DNA of 64,000 nucleotides from Candidatus Saccharimonadales bacterium (lineage in GTDB: Bacteria; Patescibacteriota; Saccharimonadia; Saccharimonadales; 2-12-FULL-41-12): NCBI GenBank assembly GCA_035700225.1, contig DASSOT010000003.1, positions 111 to 64,110 of the forward strand. Reading direction: 5' to 3'. Under the pieces are notes generated by a model. The model saw only the letters and a list, made by a program, of their open reading frames with translations. It did not search any database and had not been told where the DNA came from. Shown piece after piece: positions 63,822 through 64,000 of the stretch (within the stretch, counting starts at the first letter, position 1; each line of letters begins with the position of its first letter). A program made the position numbers and the translations under genes.

Positions 63822-64000
63822 GCAAAGAAGAAAAAATAAGCAGTCAAGACATAGAAAAGGCCATCCAATTCGCCAAGAAATACTTGGAAGATATGCTGTC
63901 CTTTTTTGGTCTTAACACCGAAGTTTATGCTACTAATAGCGAGGACGAGGTCATAGAGCTTCAAGTGCCTTCAACGCACCTGAACGGCTTCCTGATAGGC
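63818..64000 (+). CDS. jag: Jag/KhpB RNA-binding protein (partial)
   Basis: ATGA overlap with yidC; AKKYLEDMLSFFG...LNGFLIG (start of KH domain); conserved gene order. Confidence 0.8.
   Translation, partial: MSKEEKISSQDIEKAIQFAKKYLEDMLSFFGLNTEVYATNSEDEVIELQVPSTHLNGFLIG

Overview
Chromosomal window that includes the replication origin (jag-yidC-rnpA-rpmH / oriC / dnaA-dnaN-recF). It very probably comes from a Patescibacteria (CPR, Saccharibacteria-like) genome. That is inferred from the gene content: a 9-gene VirB2-like pilin array facing a VirB6/PrgI/VirB4 T4SS-like cluster, bifunctional PGI/PMI, leaderless-type promoters and tRNA-Arg(GCG). It also carries housekeeping genes (groESL with CIRCE, murE, tsaD, valS, comFC, hsp20) and four tRNAs. 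A set of salvage modules is present: folKP, trpBA, an orphan aroB, a TPP-riboswitch thiamine-precursor ABC transporter plus thiN, an FMN-riboswitch EamA transporter and a Cys/Met PLP enzyme. The most notable signals are regulatory or non-coding. (1) A complete candidate methionine-sensing leader-peptide attenuator (MMMPM leader with mutually exclusive antiterminator/terminator) precedes the Cys/Met enzyme. (2) A TrpR-TrpB fusion has a trp-operator palindrome in its own promoter. (3) A dispersed, covarying structured repeat occurs at 4.4 kb and 18.6 kb. (4) All four tRNAs share an antisense-T-arm element downstream, and three also have a 3'-end duplication. (5) The FMN riboswitch is structurally atypical. 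(6) The VirB6-like gene is split at a G6 tract. All calls come from reading motifs by eye; no database searches were run.
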